64,000 nucleotides of DNA from a virus. Of this stretch, positions 1-8,208 are shown piece after piece. The notes below the pieces were generated by a model, which did no database searches, was not told the DNA's origin, and was given only the letters and a program-made list of their open reading frames with translations. The position numbers were made by a program, and so were the translations under genes. The stretch's first letter is position 1. Every line of letters starts with the position of its first letter. The stretch lies in the IMG/VR virus record IMGVR_UViG_3300046559_000446, positions 74,255 to 138,254 of that record. The stretch is one strand, 5' to 3'.

Positions 1-8
1 TCATCCTC

Positions 9-722
9 ATGAATGCCCAGCTTGTCTACACCAATCGCCTGTACGAGGCAGAAACGGTGGACATGGCCGGCGCTCCGCTCAAAAAGCCAACCTGGTCTGT
101 GAGCCTCCGCTATCCCAAAACCACCCAGAACTGGTTCGACGAGCCGCTGCTGTTGGCCCTCCGCAATGCCTGCGGCGTCATCAAGAGCCGCGAAATGGCT
201 CACGTTCCTTTCGAGCGGATCGAGTTCCCCGTCAAAGACGGCTCCCTCCCCAACAAAAAGAACAAGATCCCGTCCTGGGCGAAGGATCACTGGATCATCC
301 GCGCCAATACGACGATCAAGCGGCCTCTGGTCGAGCAGCGCGTCGATGGCGTCGTCACCCCGCTGGAGGCGATCCAGCTTGGCGGAACGCGCCTCTGGGG
401 CGACGGCGACTACGCCGGCGTCGTCATGTCCGTCGCCAAGCGCATGACCGATGATATCGGCATCAAGTGCTATCTCCAGAGCGTCTGTTTCATGGCGCAC
501 GGCGAGCCTCTCAACACGGCGGGCGAACCCACTGACTGGGATGTCGCGATCAGCCAGGCTGCGGAGCACGGCATCAACATCAAGGCCGACGCCCCCGGCT
601 TCAATGCCGGTGGATTTCCGCCGGCCAGCAACGGCGCGGCGCCGCCCTTCGCTCCGTTCAATCCGACCGGTGGCCCGTCGCCGTTCAGCGGCGCCGGTCC
701 CAAGGCCGCCGATCCCTTCTAA
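9..722 (+). CDS. ssb: Single-stranded DNA-binding protein, DUF2815/T7 gp2.5-like (possibly 5'-truncated)
   Basis: OB-fold-like pattern (WSVSLRYPK...FPVKDG...WIIRAN...GIKCYLQSVCFMAHGEPL) plus a flexible Gly/Pro C-tail ending in PF. It sits upstream of PolA. No in-frame stop lies upstream of base 9 within the window. Confidence 0.7.
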   Translation: MNAQLVYTNRLYEAETVDMAGAPLKKPTWSVSLRYPKTTQNWFDEPLLLALRNACGVIKSREMAHVPFERIEFPVKDGSLPNKKNKIPSWAKDHWIIRANTTIKRPLVEQRVDGVVTPLEAIQLGGTRLWGDGDYAGVVMSVAKRMTDDIGIKCYLQSVCFMAHGEPLNTAGEPTDWDVAISQAAEHGINIKADAPGFNAGGFPPASNGAAPPFAPFNPTGGPSPFSGAGPKAADPF

Positions 723-746
723 AATCAAAACCCAATCAAAAAGATG

Positions 747-771
747 CCCCAGCGTTCGCGCTGGGGTTTCT
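747..771 (+). terminator. Intrinsic terminator candidate
   Basis: ccccagcg-TTCG-cgctgggg followed by tttct, just after the ssb stop. Confidence 0.7.
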
Positions 772-794
772 AACTGCGCCCGGAGCTACCCAAA

Positions 795-1586
795 ATGCGC
801 CTGCATCAACTCCTAGACTTCAAGAACCAACTGCCTGCTGTTGTTAGCAATTGGTTCTTGAAGTTCGGACCTGACGTGAAGCAATTCTACTTTGGGGATA
901 TCATGTCGATCTCTGGAGACGAGTGGGTCGATCTACAGAATTACGCCGTTGATCTAGTTGCGTTAGGAAAATTTCAGCTTCCCTTTGAGCATGTGTCATA
1001 CGCTTATGAGTGTGGCGCCATGCAGATTTTGGGCTGCTTGGAGTTTAAGAACAATGCGTTTCGTATTGCATTGGCTCGAATGTGGAAAGATGAAATAGGC
1101 CGAGCCGCCGTATTTAGTCATTATGCAATAGAAGATCTGGAATGCTCTAAGGAAATTAAGGGTGTTGGTTGCAAATTACGCGACATAGCTTGTTACCCAC
1201 CGGTTGAAACAAAAGATCAAGCGACGGAAGCGATTGAAGACGCGCGCGATCACATGCTCGCGTTCATGGCCCTGACCGTCATGCTGTCGGCCAAAGGCGT
1301 CGGGGTTGAAGTCATCCCTGCGCCAGAGAAATTGAACAAGTGCCGAGCCAAAAAAGGGCGCCCGCCGATCAGTGAAATCCGCACTGTCCACATCCGCATT
1401 GGCGGCGAAAAATACACTTTCGCCGGCGAGCGACACGGGCACCACGCCTCTCCCAGGCTGCACTGGCGTCGCGGCCACATTCGCCGCCTGCCTTCCGGTG
1501 GCATCACTAATGTTGTGCCGTGCCTCGTCGGAAATGCGGAGCGCGGCGTCGTCAAGCACGACTACGACGTGAGGGTCAAGCACTAA
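795..1586 (+). CDS. Phage hypothetical protein with C-terminal HASPRLHWRRGH motif
   Basis: 263-aa ORF. The SPRxHxRRGHxR motif is common in phage hypotheticals. The 5' half is noticeably AT-richer than its neighbours. Confidence 0.7.
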   Translation: MRLHQLLDFKNQLPAVVSNWFLKFGPDVKQFYFGDIMSISGDEWVDLQNYAVDLVALGKFQLPFEHVSYAYECGAMQILGCLEFKNNAFRIALARMWKDEIGRAAVFSHYAIEDLECSKEIKGVGCKLRDIACYPPVETKDQATEAIEDARDHMLAFMALTVMLSAKGVGVEVIPAPEKLNKCRAKKGRPPISEIRTVHIRIGGEKYTFAGERHGHHASPRLHWRRGHIRRLPSGGITNVVPCLVGNAERGVVKHDYDVRVKH

Positions 1587-2005
1587 TGGGCGGCAGACGC
1601 AGAACAGACGGCGATACGTGCGCCCCTTTGGAAGCATCGACCATTCGTCTTTTACACCGCAAGATTTTCTTTGCGCTTTACCACTATGGCCCCATGACCG
1701 CGCTGCCTGCTTCTCTGGCGGTTGGGAAAACTGAACAGACCGTCACTACTCGTTTTGAAGAAATGCTTAAACGTGGCCTCGCTACTAATGCTGGAAAGGC
1801 AAAAAATTTGTTTACGAACAGATCTGCCATCGTGCGAAAACTTGTCATGGGTCACCCCACCATCCCAACCAGCTTTGCTGAATTTATGACCATGTCAAAG
1901 GAATATCGCGCGATCAATCGCGAAGACCGGGAAGCCTTCCGCGCCGTGTTACGCGGCATGCTTGATGAACTCGATAAATTTGATCAACTGGACGAGGGAA
2001 AATGA
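1586..2005 (+). CDS. Hypothetical protein, possible winged-HTH
   Basis: ATG overlaps the upstream TAA and the stop overlaps the next ATG. HTH-like spacing in ALYHYGPMTA...VTTRFEEMLKRGL. Confidence 0.55.
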   Translation: MGGRRRTDGDTCAPLEASTIRLLHRKIFFALYHYGPMTALPASLAVGKTEQTVTTRFEEMLKRGLATNAGKAKNLFTNRSAIVRKLVMGHPTIPTSFAEFMTMSKEYRAINREDREAFRAVLRGMLDELDKFDQLDEGK

Positions 2006-2286
2006 CAGACAATCGCGGAGGAACCAGCGGACCAGGAAAATGGGGTCCGGAAGAGAAAGAATCGGCGGCGAAACAGCGCCGGCGGGTCTGGATGATCATG
2101 ATCGATTGGGAGTGGCACACCCTCTCCGAATTGCACATCCTGACCGGCGATCCGGAGGCGTCCGTTTCTGCGCGCCTTCGCGATCTGCGCAAGAAGAAAT
2201 TCGGCGGATATGACGTGCTGCGCAGGCGTGTTTTGGGCTTGAAGATTTACGAATATCGTGTGGTCGAGCCAGCAGGTGGCGCGTGA
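2002..2286 (+). CDS. Small winged-HTH-like phage protein
   Basis: WHTLSELHILTGDPEASVSARLRDLRKKKFGG pattern; ATGA/GTGA coupling on both sides. Confidence 0.7.
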   Translation: MTDNRGGTSGPGKWGPEEKESAAKQRRRVWMIMIDWEWHTLSELHILTGDPEASVSARLRDLRKKKFGGYDVLRRRVLGLKIYEYRVVEPAGGA

Positions 2287-4238
2287 AAAAGCTCTACGTC
2301 GATGTCGAAACCCGCTCTAGGGTTGAACTGGGCGACGCCGGCTCCCGCCGGTATGCCGCCGATCCTTCGACCATGGTCACCACGGCGGCGTGGAAATGGG
2401 CGGCGCCGAAGGGCGCCTTTTCGCCGGCGATGACCGCCTGTAACGTCCCCAGCCTTGCCGGCATGGGGCGGGCCTCGATGGCCGAATTTACCAAGGCCCT
2501 GGGCGAGGCCGACACCATCGTCGCCCATCACATCAATTTCGACGTCAATGTGATTGCGAAGACGCTCGGCCCCTGCGGCATGCGGCTGGAGCAATTCGAC
2601 TGCACGATGGCGCGCGCCCAGCGCATGAGCCTCCCTGGCGGGCTGGACGAGCTATGCCGCGCGCTCGGCGTCCAGGGCAAGACCGTCGGCGGGCGCAAGT
2701 TCGTCATGGCGACCTGCAAGCCTAAGCGCGACGGCTCGTGGAACGAGGATCCGGAAGTCTTTCGACACCTGATCGATTACAACGCCCAGGATATCCACTG
2801 CCTTGAGAGCGTCGATGAAATCCTGCCGCCGCTGCCGCCAGAGGAAATGGCGATCTGGCGGCGAACCTGGTGGAAAAACGCTCGCGGGTTGCCGCTCGAT
2901 CTGGAGCTATGTCACCGAATCGCGGCCAAGAAGGCCGAGATCGAGCGCGAGATCGCCGGCGAGCTATTTGAGATCACCGGCGGCGCCGTCACCGCCCTGA
3001 CCCAGCGCGCGCGGATCCTGACCTGGCTCAAGACGCAGGGCGTCGATATCGGCAACACCCAGCGCGCGACGCTCGAAACCTGGCTCGATCTGGAAACGCT
3101 GCCATTTTCCGCCTGGCGGATCCTGACGTATCTTTTCGACAGCGGAGGCTCGGCGCCGACCAAGGCCCAGGCTTTGCTCGACCGGCAGGTCAACGGCCTG
3201 TTTCAGGACGCCACCCGCTATTTCGGCGCTCGATCCGGACGAGGGACGTCCGAGGGCGTCAATATGTTCAACATCGCCCGGCCATCAGGCAAATACGACA
3301 CCGAGACGGTGATCGCGCGGCTGAAAGCGGAGCCAAACGGCGTCTTCACCAACACCGAGCTATCGGACGTCCTGCGCGGCGCCATTGTTGCTCCACAGGG
3401 CGACGTGGTGATCGACGCCGATCTGTCCAACATCGAGCTACGCCTGTCGCTGTGGTTCGCCGGCGATCAGGCCAAGCTGGACCTGCTCGCCAAGGGAGAC
3501 GACCTTTACGCCAAAACCGCCGGCAATTCGATGGGGGTTCCGGGATTGACTAAAAACAGCCATCCCAAAGAGCGCCAGGCCTACAAAAAAGTGGTGCTGT
3601 CGGGCGGCTACGGGATCGGCATCGACAAGCTTTTCCGCACCTTCAAGGTCGATAAAGACCTGCCCTACGAGTACAGGCGCGACATCACCTATGATCAGGT
3701 CGCCGCGATCCACCGAGGCTATCGGGCCGATAATGTCCCTCTGCAAAAATCCTGGTACGCCCTGGGCGACGCCATGAAGCTGGCCCTGCGCGAGCGCGGG
3801 CGGGTGATCGAGGTCTGCGACGGCAAGATCGCCTTTCTCTATCGCGGCGCCGAGGATGTCATGGCCCTGCGCCTGCCGTCGGGCCGGGTGATCCCACACT
3901 ATAAGCCTCACCTCGACGAAGAGGGCCAGCTATGCTTCTGGAGGGCGAAATACGGGCGCATGATGAAATGCCGCACCTGGGGTGGCGCGCTGATGGAGAT
4001 TGCCTGCCAGAGCGCGGCGCGCGACGTCCTGGTGGCTGTCGAAGCTGGCATCGAGCAGGAGCTTCCCGACGTGCGCCTGATCCTCGACATCTACGACAGC
4101 GTGGTCGCCCTGGCGCCCAAGGCGGTCGCCCAGCAGCGATTGGATCACATCTTAACCATCATGCGGCGGACGCCGGCTTGGGCTGTCGGCCTGCCCCTGA
4201 ACGCTGAGGGCATGATCGCGGCGAGGATGCAAAAATGA
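2283..4238 (+). CDS. polA: DNA polymerase family A with 3'-5' exonuclease
   Basis: ExoI DVET, ExoII HINFD, ExoIII YNAQD; motif A DLSNIELR; motif B RQAYKKVVLSGGYG; motif C IYDS. Confidence 0.93.
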   Translation: MKKLYVDVETRSRVELGDAGSRRYAADPSTMVTTAAWKWAAPKGAFSPAMTACNVPSLAGMGRASMAEFTKALGEADTIVAHHINFDVNVIAKTLGPCGMRLEQFDCTMARAQRMSLPGGLDELCRALGVQGKTVGGRKFVMATCKPKRDGSWNEDPEVFRHLIDYNAQDIHCLESVDEILPPLPPEEMAIWRRTWWKNARGLPLDLELCHRIAAKKAEIEREIAGELFEITGGAVTALTQRARILTWLKTQGVDIGNTQRATLETWLDLETLPFSAWRILTYLFDSGGSAPTKAQALLDRQVNGLFQDATRYFGARSGRGTSEGVNMFNIARPSGKYDTETVIARLKAEPNGVFTNTELSDVLRGAIVAPQGDVVIDADLSNIELRLSLWFAGDQAKLDLLAKGDDLYAKTAGNSMGVPGLTKNSHPKERQAYKKVVLSGGYGIGIDKLFRTFKVDKDLPYEYRRDITYDQVAAIHRGYRADNVPLQKSWYALGDAMKLALRERGRVIEVCDGKIAFLYRGAEDVMALRLPSGRVIPHYKPHLDEEGQLCFWRAKYGRMMKCRTWGGALMEIACQSAARDVLVAVEAGIEQELPDVRLILDIYDSVVALAPKAVAQQRLDHILTIMRRTPAWAVGLPLNAEGMIAARMQK

Positions 4239-4402
4239 GGATTAATATGGATGGAGCGCGACAGGACAGGCTCACCATCGAATCAGGAGAATTTGCTGAT
4301 CGGGAGGCGTTCGAAAAATGGATTAAACAGCTAAACACCGCTGCCGCCATCCTGTGGGGGCCGGCGCCCAAGAAAACGAAAAAATCCGTGGAGCCGAAAT
4401 GA
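4235..4402 (+). CDS. Hypothetical protein (55 aa)
   Basis: ATGA-coupled to polA and to the next gene; translated by hand as MRINMDGARQDRLTIESGEF...VEPK. Confidence 0.55.
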   Translation: MRINMDGARQDRLTIESGEFADREAFEKWIKQLNTAAAILWGPAPKKTKKSVEPK

Positions 4403-4563
4403 ACGACGGCGACATGCACTGGTATCGGTATGTCCCCTGGGCGCTGGTGGAGGCCTATCAGGCGCTCGGCTGGGTGCTGGAAGGCGACATGGGGCCGGTC
4501 ATGCGCGTCTACCGCGCCATCATGCGCTGGGCGGGCCAGGGCGAACCCGTGGAGCCGAAATGA
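4386..4563 (+). repeat. 17-bp direct repeat ccgtggagccgaaatga at 4386-4402 and 4547-4563
   Basis: Exact copies read from the sequence; they bracket the 54-aa gene. Confidence 0.9.
4399..4563 (+). CDS. Hypothetical protein (54 aa)
   Basis: GGAG RBS, ATGA coupling on both sides; MNDGDMHWYRYVPW...VEPK. Confidence 0.6.
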   Translation: MNDGDMHWYRYVPWALVEAYQALGWVLEGDMGPVMRVYRAIMRWAGQGEPVEPK

Positions 4564-5564
4564 GATATTTGAGCGTCGCGAGCGGGATCGAGGGCGCCAC
4601 GGTCGCCTGGGGGCCGCTCGGCTGGGAGCCGGTGGCCTTTGCCGAGATCAATCCGGCGGCGACCGCGATCCTGACGCGCCACTATCCAAAAGTGCCGAAC
4701 TTTGGCGACATGACCCGGCTGTTCACGCCGGCGCTGGGGCCGGTCGATCTGCTTGTCGGCGGGACACCATGCCAGGCCTTTTCCGTTGCCGGCGTCCGCC
4801 GGGGCCTCGATGACGCGCGCGGCAACCTGGCCCTCGCATTTGTGGAGTTAGCGCATGAACTCGCCCGAAAAAACGGCCTCCGGAATTGCCTGTGGGAAAA
4901 CGTCCCCGGCGTCCTCTCAATGCGAGACAACGCCTTTGGCTGTTTCCTGGGAGGCCTTGTCGGCGGCGACGCCATCGTTCTGCCAGGAGGCGGAAGGTGG
5001 CCCGATCAAGGTATGGCTTCCGGTCCCAGGGGACGCCTTTGCTGGCGTGTGCTCGACGCTCAACATTTCGGCCTCGCCCAACGACGCCGTCGCCTGTTCG
5101 TTGTCGTCGATTTTGGAGGTGGGGCCGATCCCGCTGCAGTTTTATTTGAGCGCGCAGGTCTGCATAAACATCCTGCGCAAGCGCAAGATGCTCCCTTTCC
5201 TGCTGTACCGGGCGCTAATACACCAGGCGCTCAGGATGGGGAGCAACCCTTCACTCTCGCCATCAGGGGGCGCAAGGACGGCGCGCAGATAGAATGGCGG
5301 CAGGATGGCCTGGCCAATGTGCTGCTGACGCCCAGCGGGGGCCGGGCCGGCATAGGCGTCGGCGCTATTTGTGTTGACGATACATTGCGGCGGTTCACGC
5401 CGACCGAGGCCGAGCGGCTGATGGGCTTTCCTGACGGTTATACCGGCGGCCAGGCCGATTCGGATCGATACCGGCAGCTTGGCAACTCATTTCCGATCCC
5501 CGTATTACGCTGGATCGGACGGCGCTTTGAAAATAATTTTGAAAAAATGCAAAAAGGTGTTTGA
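4560..5564 (+). CDS. DNA (cytosine-5) methyltransferase
   Basis: Motif I-like SVASGIEG, IV GGTPCQAFS, VI WENVPG, VIII QRRRRLFVV, IX RRFTPTEAERLMGFPD, X RYRQLGNS. Confidence 0.93.
   Translation: MRYLSVASGIEGATVAWGPLGWEPVAFAEINPAATAILTRHYPKVPNFGDMTRLFTPALGPVDLLVGGTPCQAFSVAGVRRGLDDARGNLALAFVELAHELARKNGLRNCLWENVPGVLSMRDNAFGCFLGGLVGGDAIVLPGGGRWPDQGMASGPRGRLCWRVLDAQHFGLAQRRRRLFVVVDFGGGADPAAVLFERAGLHKHPAQAQDAPFPAVPGANTPGAQDGEQPFTLAIRGRKDGAQIEWRQDGLANVLLTPSGGRAGIGVGAICVDDTLRRFTPTEAERLMGFPDGYTGGQADSDRYRQLGNSFPIPVLRWIGRRFENNFEKMQKGV
4855..5292 (+). CDS. Nested +1-frame ORF, putative beta polypeptide of the C5-methyltransferase
   Basis: GGAG at 4844-4847, 7 nt before the ATG. The segment CSLSSILEVGPIPLQFYLSAQVCINILRK resembles the SLSxILE...YxLS...GILRR block I recall from alternative-frame MTase subunits. 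Confidence 0.6.
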   Translation: MNSPEKTASGIACGKTSPASSQCETTPLAVSWEALSAATPSFCQEAEGGPIKVWLPVPGDAFAGVCSTLNISASPNDAVACSLSSILEVGPIPLQFYLSAQVCINILRKRKMLPFLLYRALIHQALRMGSNPSLSPSGGARTARR

Positions 5565-5600
5565 CAACCGAACACGCCATGTCCTATAAGGGGTCATCAG
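5561..5600 (+). promoter_or_regulatory. Sigma70-like early promoter, copy 1
   Basis: TTGACA(5561-66)-N18-TATAAG(5585-90), upstream A/T tract, shared core acacg..tgtcctataaggg.catca. Confidence 0.8.
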
Positions 5601-5642
5601 CGGACGGGAATTGACCCGCCGCTCTCTCCAGGGGCCAAGACC

Positions 5643-5948
5643 ATGAACCACACTCTCGCTGATCGTTACCAGGCCGCCAAGGCCGTCGCCGCCAAGGCCG
5701 ATGCCGAGGTCAAGGCGCTCCACGCCGAACTGCTCGCTCTGGGCCAGCCGGTGGTCGAGGGCCAGCGTTGCACGATCAAGATCGCGGACGCTCCCAAGGA
5801 CAGCCTGACCAAGGAAATGCTCGTCGGTGAGTTCGGCCTCGACTGGTACAAGGCTCGCGCCAAGACCATCGAAGGCAAGCGCGTCACCATCATCGCCAAG
5901 GCCATGCAGACCTTGGTCGTCAAGGCGCTGGAGGAAATCAGCGCCTGA
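5643..5948 (+). CDS. Hypothetical early protein
   Basis: 101-aa ORF with phage-typical codon usage directly after the promoter. Confidence 0.75.
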   Translation: MNHTLADRYQAAKAVAAKADAEVKALHAELLALGQPVVEGQRCTIKIADAPKDSLTKEMLVGEFGLDWYKARAKTIEGKRVTIIAKAMQTLVVKALEEISA

Positions 5949-6022
5949 TTGAAGTCTCAGTGCGGTGGGGGTTTAGGCGCCCCCATTTCGCGGACACTTT
6001 CGTCCGACCAAGAGGAACACGC

Positions 6023-6163
6023 ATGAAAAAGTTCTACATTCCCGGCCTTCTGCTCGCCATCATCATCGTCGGCGGCATCGTCGCCAAGGCCCACGCTGGA
6101 ACCTGCACCACGACCTGCAACACCTACGGCAACCAGCGGTACTGCAACACCACCTGTTACTAA
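6023..6163 (+). CDS. Small secreted Cys-rich peptide (46 aa)
   Basis: GAGG RBS; signal-peptide-like MKKFYIPGLLLAIIIVGGIVAKAHA followed by GTCTTTCNTYGNQRYCNTTCY. Confidence 0.7.
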   Translation: MKKFYIPGLLLAIIIVGGIVAKAHAGTCTTTCNTYGNQRYCNTTCY

Positions 6164-6267
6164 ACACAGCTTCGGTTCAATAGCCCTGGGGTCGCCCCCG
6201 GAGATGCGTCCTGCGCGTCGGCTGTGTTTTCTGTCCCTCTGGACCTGCCCCCTTGAGAAAGGGGCAG
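6162..6267 (+). ncRNA. Structured intergenic element (multibranch plus hairpin), possible RNA element or terminator
   Basis: aaacacagc(6162-70) pairs with gctgtgttt(6221-29) and encloses two hairpins; then ctgcccc/ggggcag (6245-6267). Confidence 0.35.
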
Positions 6268-6297
6268 ACCCGGAAGATCCGAAAAAGGAAAAAATCA

Positions 6298-6627
6298 ATG
6301 TCCGTCTTTGAAGTCGCCCTTTACGAAATCACTCAGAGCGTTCGCCACCTGAAGCGCAGCGCCAAGGAAAAGAACCAGGTCAAGTTTGACAGCAACGCCG
6401 CCTACCTGCGCGGTTTGGTTGAGGCGCTGATCAGCCAGCAGGCCAAAGCTTTCGAGGCCCCCGTCCTGCCGCTCTACGCGGTGCGGCTCTACAGCAAGAT
6501 CACCAAGACCGAGGCGTCGTTCGACGTGCGGGCCAGCAGCGAACTGGCGGCGGTTCGCGCCCTCGTCAACCGTGGTTTCCACAACAAGGACCACATCGTG
6601 CGCGGCGTCGATCTGGTGCGGGCATGA
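6298..6627 (+). CDS. Hypothetical early protein
   Basis: AAGGA RBS, ATG at 6298, coupled to the next gene. Confidence 0.7.
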   Translation: MSVFEVALYEITQSVRHLKRSAKEKNQVKFDSNAAYLRGLVEALISQQAKAFEAPVLPLYAVRLYSKITKTEASFDVRASSELAAVRALVNRGFHNKDHIVRGVDLVRA

Positions 6628-6827
6628 AAGCGAAGCTTGACGTCTCCGTCGAAGACCACGGCTCGCTGTGGCTCTTTCGACCCATCACCGAGGACGCCAA
6701 GACCTGGATCGACGACAACGTCGAGGACGCGGCGCTATGGTTCGGCGGCGCCCTCGCCGTCGAGGCCCGGTTCGTCCAGGCCCTGATCGAGGGCATGCTG
6801 GCCGACGGCCTGGAGGTGGGCAGATGA
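6624..6827 (+). CDS. Hypothetical early protein
   Basis: 67 aa, ATGA overlaps; HGSLWLFRPIT...WFGGALAVEARF pattern. Confidence 0.7.
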   Translation: MKAKLDVSVEDHGSLWLFRPITEDAKTWIDDNVEDAALWFGGALAVEARFVQALIEGMLADGLEVGR

Positions 6828-7009
6828 AGCGCGCCACATGGGTGAACGGCAAGCGCCGCGTCACCGGCGAGTGGCGATACCACTGGAGCAGCGACACGTT
6901 CGTGATTGTGCTCGACGGACGCAATCGCCTGACGGGGCGTCCAAACGTGATCTACGCCAAGGGCGAAGAGCCTGAATGGGGCAACTGGAAAAGAGAGGCG
7001 GAACGATGA
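6824..7009 (+). CDS. Hypothetical early protein
   Basis: GGAGG RBS, ATGA coupling, 61 aa. Confidence 0.65.
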   Translation: MKRATWVNGKRRVTGEWRYHWSSDTFVIVLDGRNRLTGRPNVIYAKGEEPEWGNWKREAER

Positions 7010-7203
7010 ACATTGAGCAGCGCCGAATCCTGGCCCACCTGCCCAACAATGTCACGGTCGAAGAGTGGCCGGAACAGACCTATTGGCGCTGGATCGTGGC
7101 CCGCGCCTATACCAAAGGCGCCCGCGAGGTGAAGGCATACACCACCAAGGCCAGCGCAATGCGCGGCGGCCAGCGTTTGAGCAAACACCGGAAGGGGATC
7201 TAA
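7006..7203 (+). CDS. Hypothetical early protein
   Basis: GAGG RBS, ATGA coupling, 65 aa. Confidence 0.65.
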   Translation: MNIEQRRILAHLPNNVTVEEWPEQTYWRWIVARAYTKGAREVKAYTTKASAMRGGQRLSKHRKGI

Positions 7204-7206
7204 AGC

Positions 7207-7434
7207 ATGACGACGAAGGAAATGAGCGAAATGGGCTTGACCGATATCCCGCTCACTGCGGACGAGGTTCGCACCGCCATCCTGGCGCTGCACGAAGCGG
7301 AGGAAATTTACCTCCGTCGCGCCGCGCGCTACAGGGAGGCCGGATTCTCGGCCAACCATGCCGACTGCCTCAAGCGGGCCGGCAAGGCCCAGGCGCTGGC
7401 CAACTGGGTCGCCCACCACGCCGACGCGGAGTGA
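7207..7434 (+). CDS. Hypothetical early protein
   Basis: 75-aa helical ORF in a tightly packed operon. Confidence 0.65.
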   Translation: MTTKEMSEMGLTDIPLTADEVRTAILALHEAEEIYLRRAARYREAGFSANHADCLKRAGKAQALANWVAHHADAE

Positions 7435-7622
7435 TGGCCATGCGCAAGTTTGAAGTTACGGTCCTGGTGACCAGGGAAGGGGCGCTGCGCCCTTTCCGCG
7501 TCCATTATCTCACGATGGCCCACACTTTCGAGCAGGCGCGCCAGAAGGTCGCTGCCCAGGCTCTGAAGCATAAAACCCACCAGTTCATCCGCGTCGTCGA
7601 TGCAAGGAAACCCGAAGCATGA
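7434..7622 (+). CDS. Hypothetical early protein
   Basis: TGATG overlap, 62 aa. Confidence 0.6.
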   Translation: MAMRKFEVTVLVTREGALRPFRVHYLTMAHTFEQARQKVAAQALKHKTHQFIRVVDARKPEA

Positions 7623-7927
7623 AGCGTCGCTATCTGACGAAGACCCAAAAGGCCGTGCTCAAGAGCATGGCCGACAACGGCGGGCGCGCGGTGATCGCCA
7701 CTGGCACCCGGTGGAGCACCTTCAGCCCCGGCAGGTGCTGCATCTTCGGGCAAGGAATGCACTGCCTGCTTCACAATCGCTGGATCACCAGCCGTGGCGA
7801 AAACCAAATCGGATTTTACGCCTGGACGACCGAAGGCCGGCTGGCGCACGAGCGCGGCTGGTTCATCCCGCAACTCTATTCCTCGCCCCACTGGGCTGAT
7901 GAAAAACCCTTGCCCGACGAATCTTGA
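7619..7927 (+). CDS. Hypothetical early protein
   Basis: 102 aa, ATGA coupling. Confidence 0.6.
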   Translation: MKRRYLTKTQKAVLKSMADNGGRAVIATGTRWSTFSPGRCCIFGQGMHCLLHNRWITSRGENQIGFYAWTTEGRLAHERGWFIPQLYSSPHWADEKPLPDES

Positions 7928-7946
7928 ACTTTTTTCGAAAAGGCTG

Positions 7947-7990
7947 TTGACACCCGATCACGTTGTGTCCTATAAAGGGTCATCAACAAC
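7947..7990 (+). promoter_or_regulatory. Sigma70-like early promoter, copy 2
   Basis: TTGACA(7947-52)-N18-TATAAA(7971-76) with the shared tgtcctataa.gggtcatca core. Confidence 0.8.
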
Positions 7991-8005
7991 GACGAGGCGC
8001 ACAAA

Positions 8006-8158
8006 ATGTTCGGTTACTTCTACGGAAACGTCCTCATCATCGCGAAGACCCCTTACGGAGGTAAGGATTTTCGGGACGGCGAGCAGATCATCTGCTGGAG
8101 CAAGCGCGAAGCCCGCAAGATCTGCAAGGCTCGCGGCATCAAGCCCTGGAATTTCTAA
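8006..8158 (+). CDS. Hypothetical early protein (50 aa, not in the ORF track)
   Basis: GAGG RBS; hand translation MFGYFYGNVLIIAKTPYGG...KARGIKPWNF; followed by the GAAA hairpin cgggggc-gaaa-gcccccg (8160-8177). Confidence 0.65.
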   Translation: MFGYFYGNVLIIAKTPYGGKDFRDGEQIICWSKREARKICKARGIKPWNF

Positions 8159-8208
8159 CCGGGGGCGAAAGCCCCCGCCTGCCCCCCACCCAAACGGGAT
8201 TTCCTGCT

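Noticed and set aside
6162-6229. tRNA gene
   Set aside because: The GGTTCAAT lies in the 5' part and is not closed by a proper T-stem. There is no 7-nt anticodon arm or CCA end.
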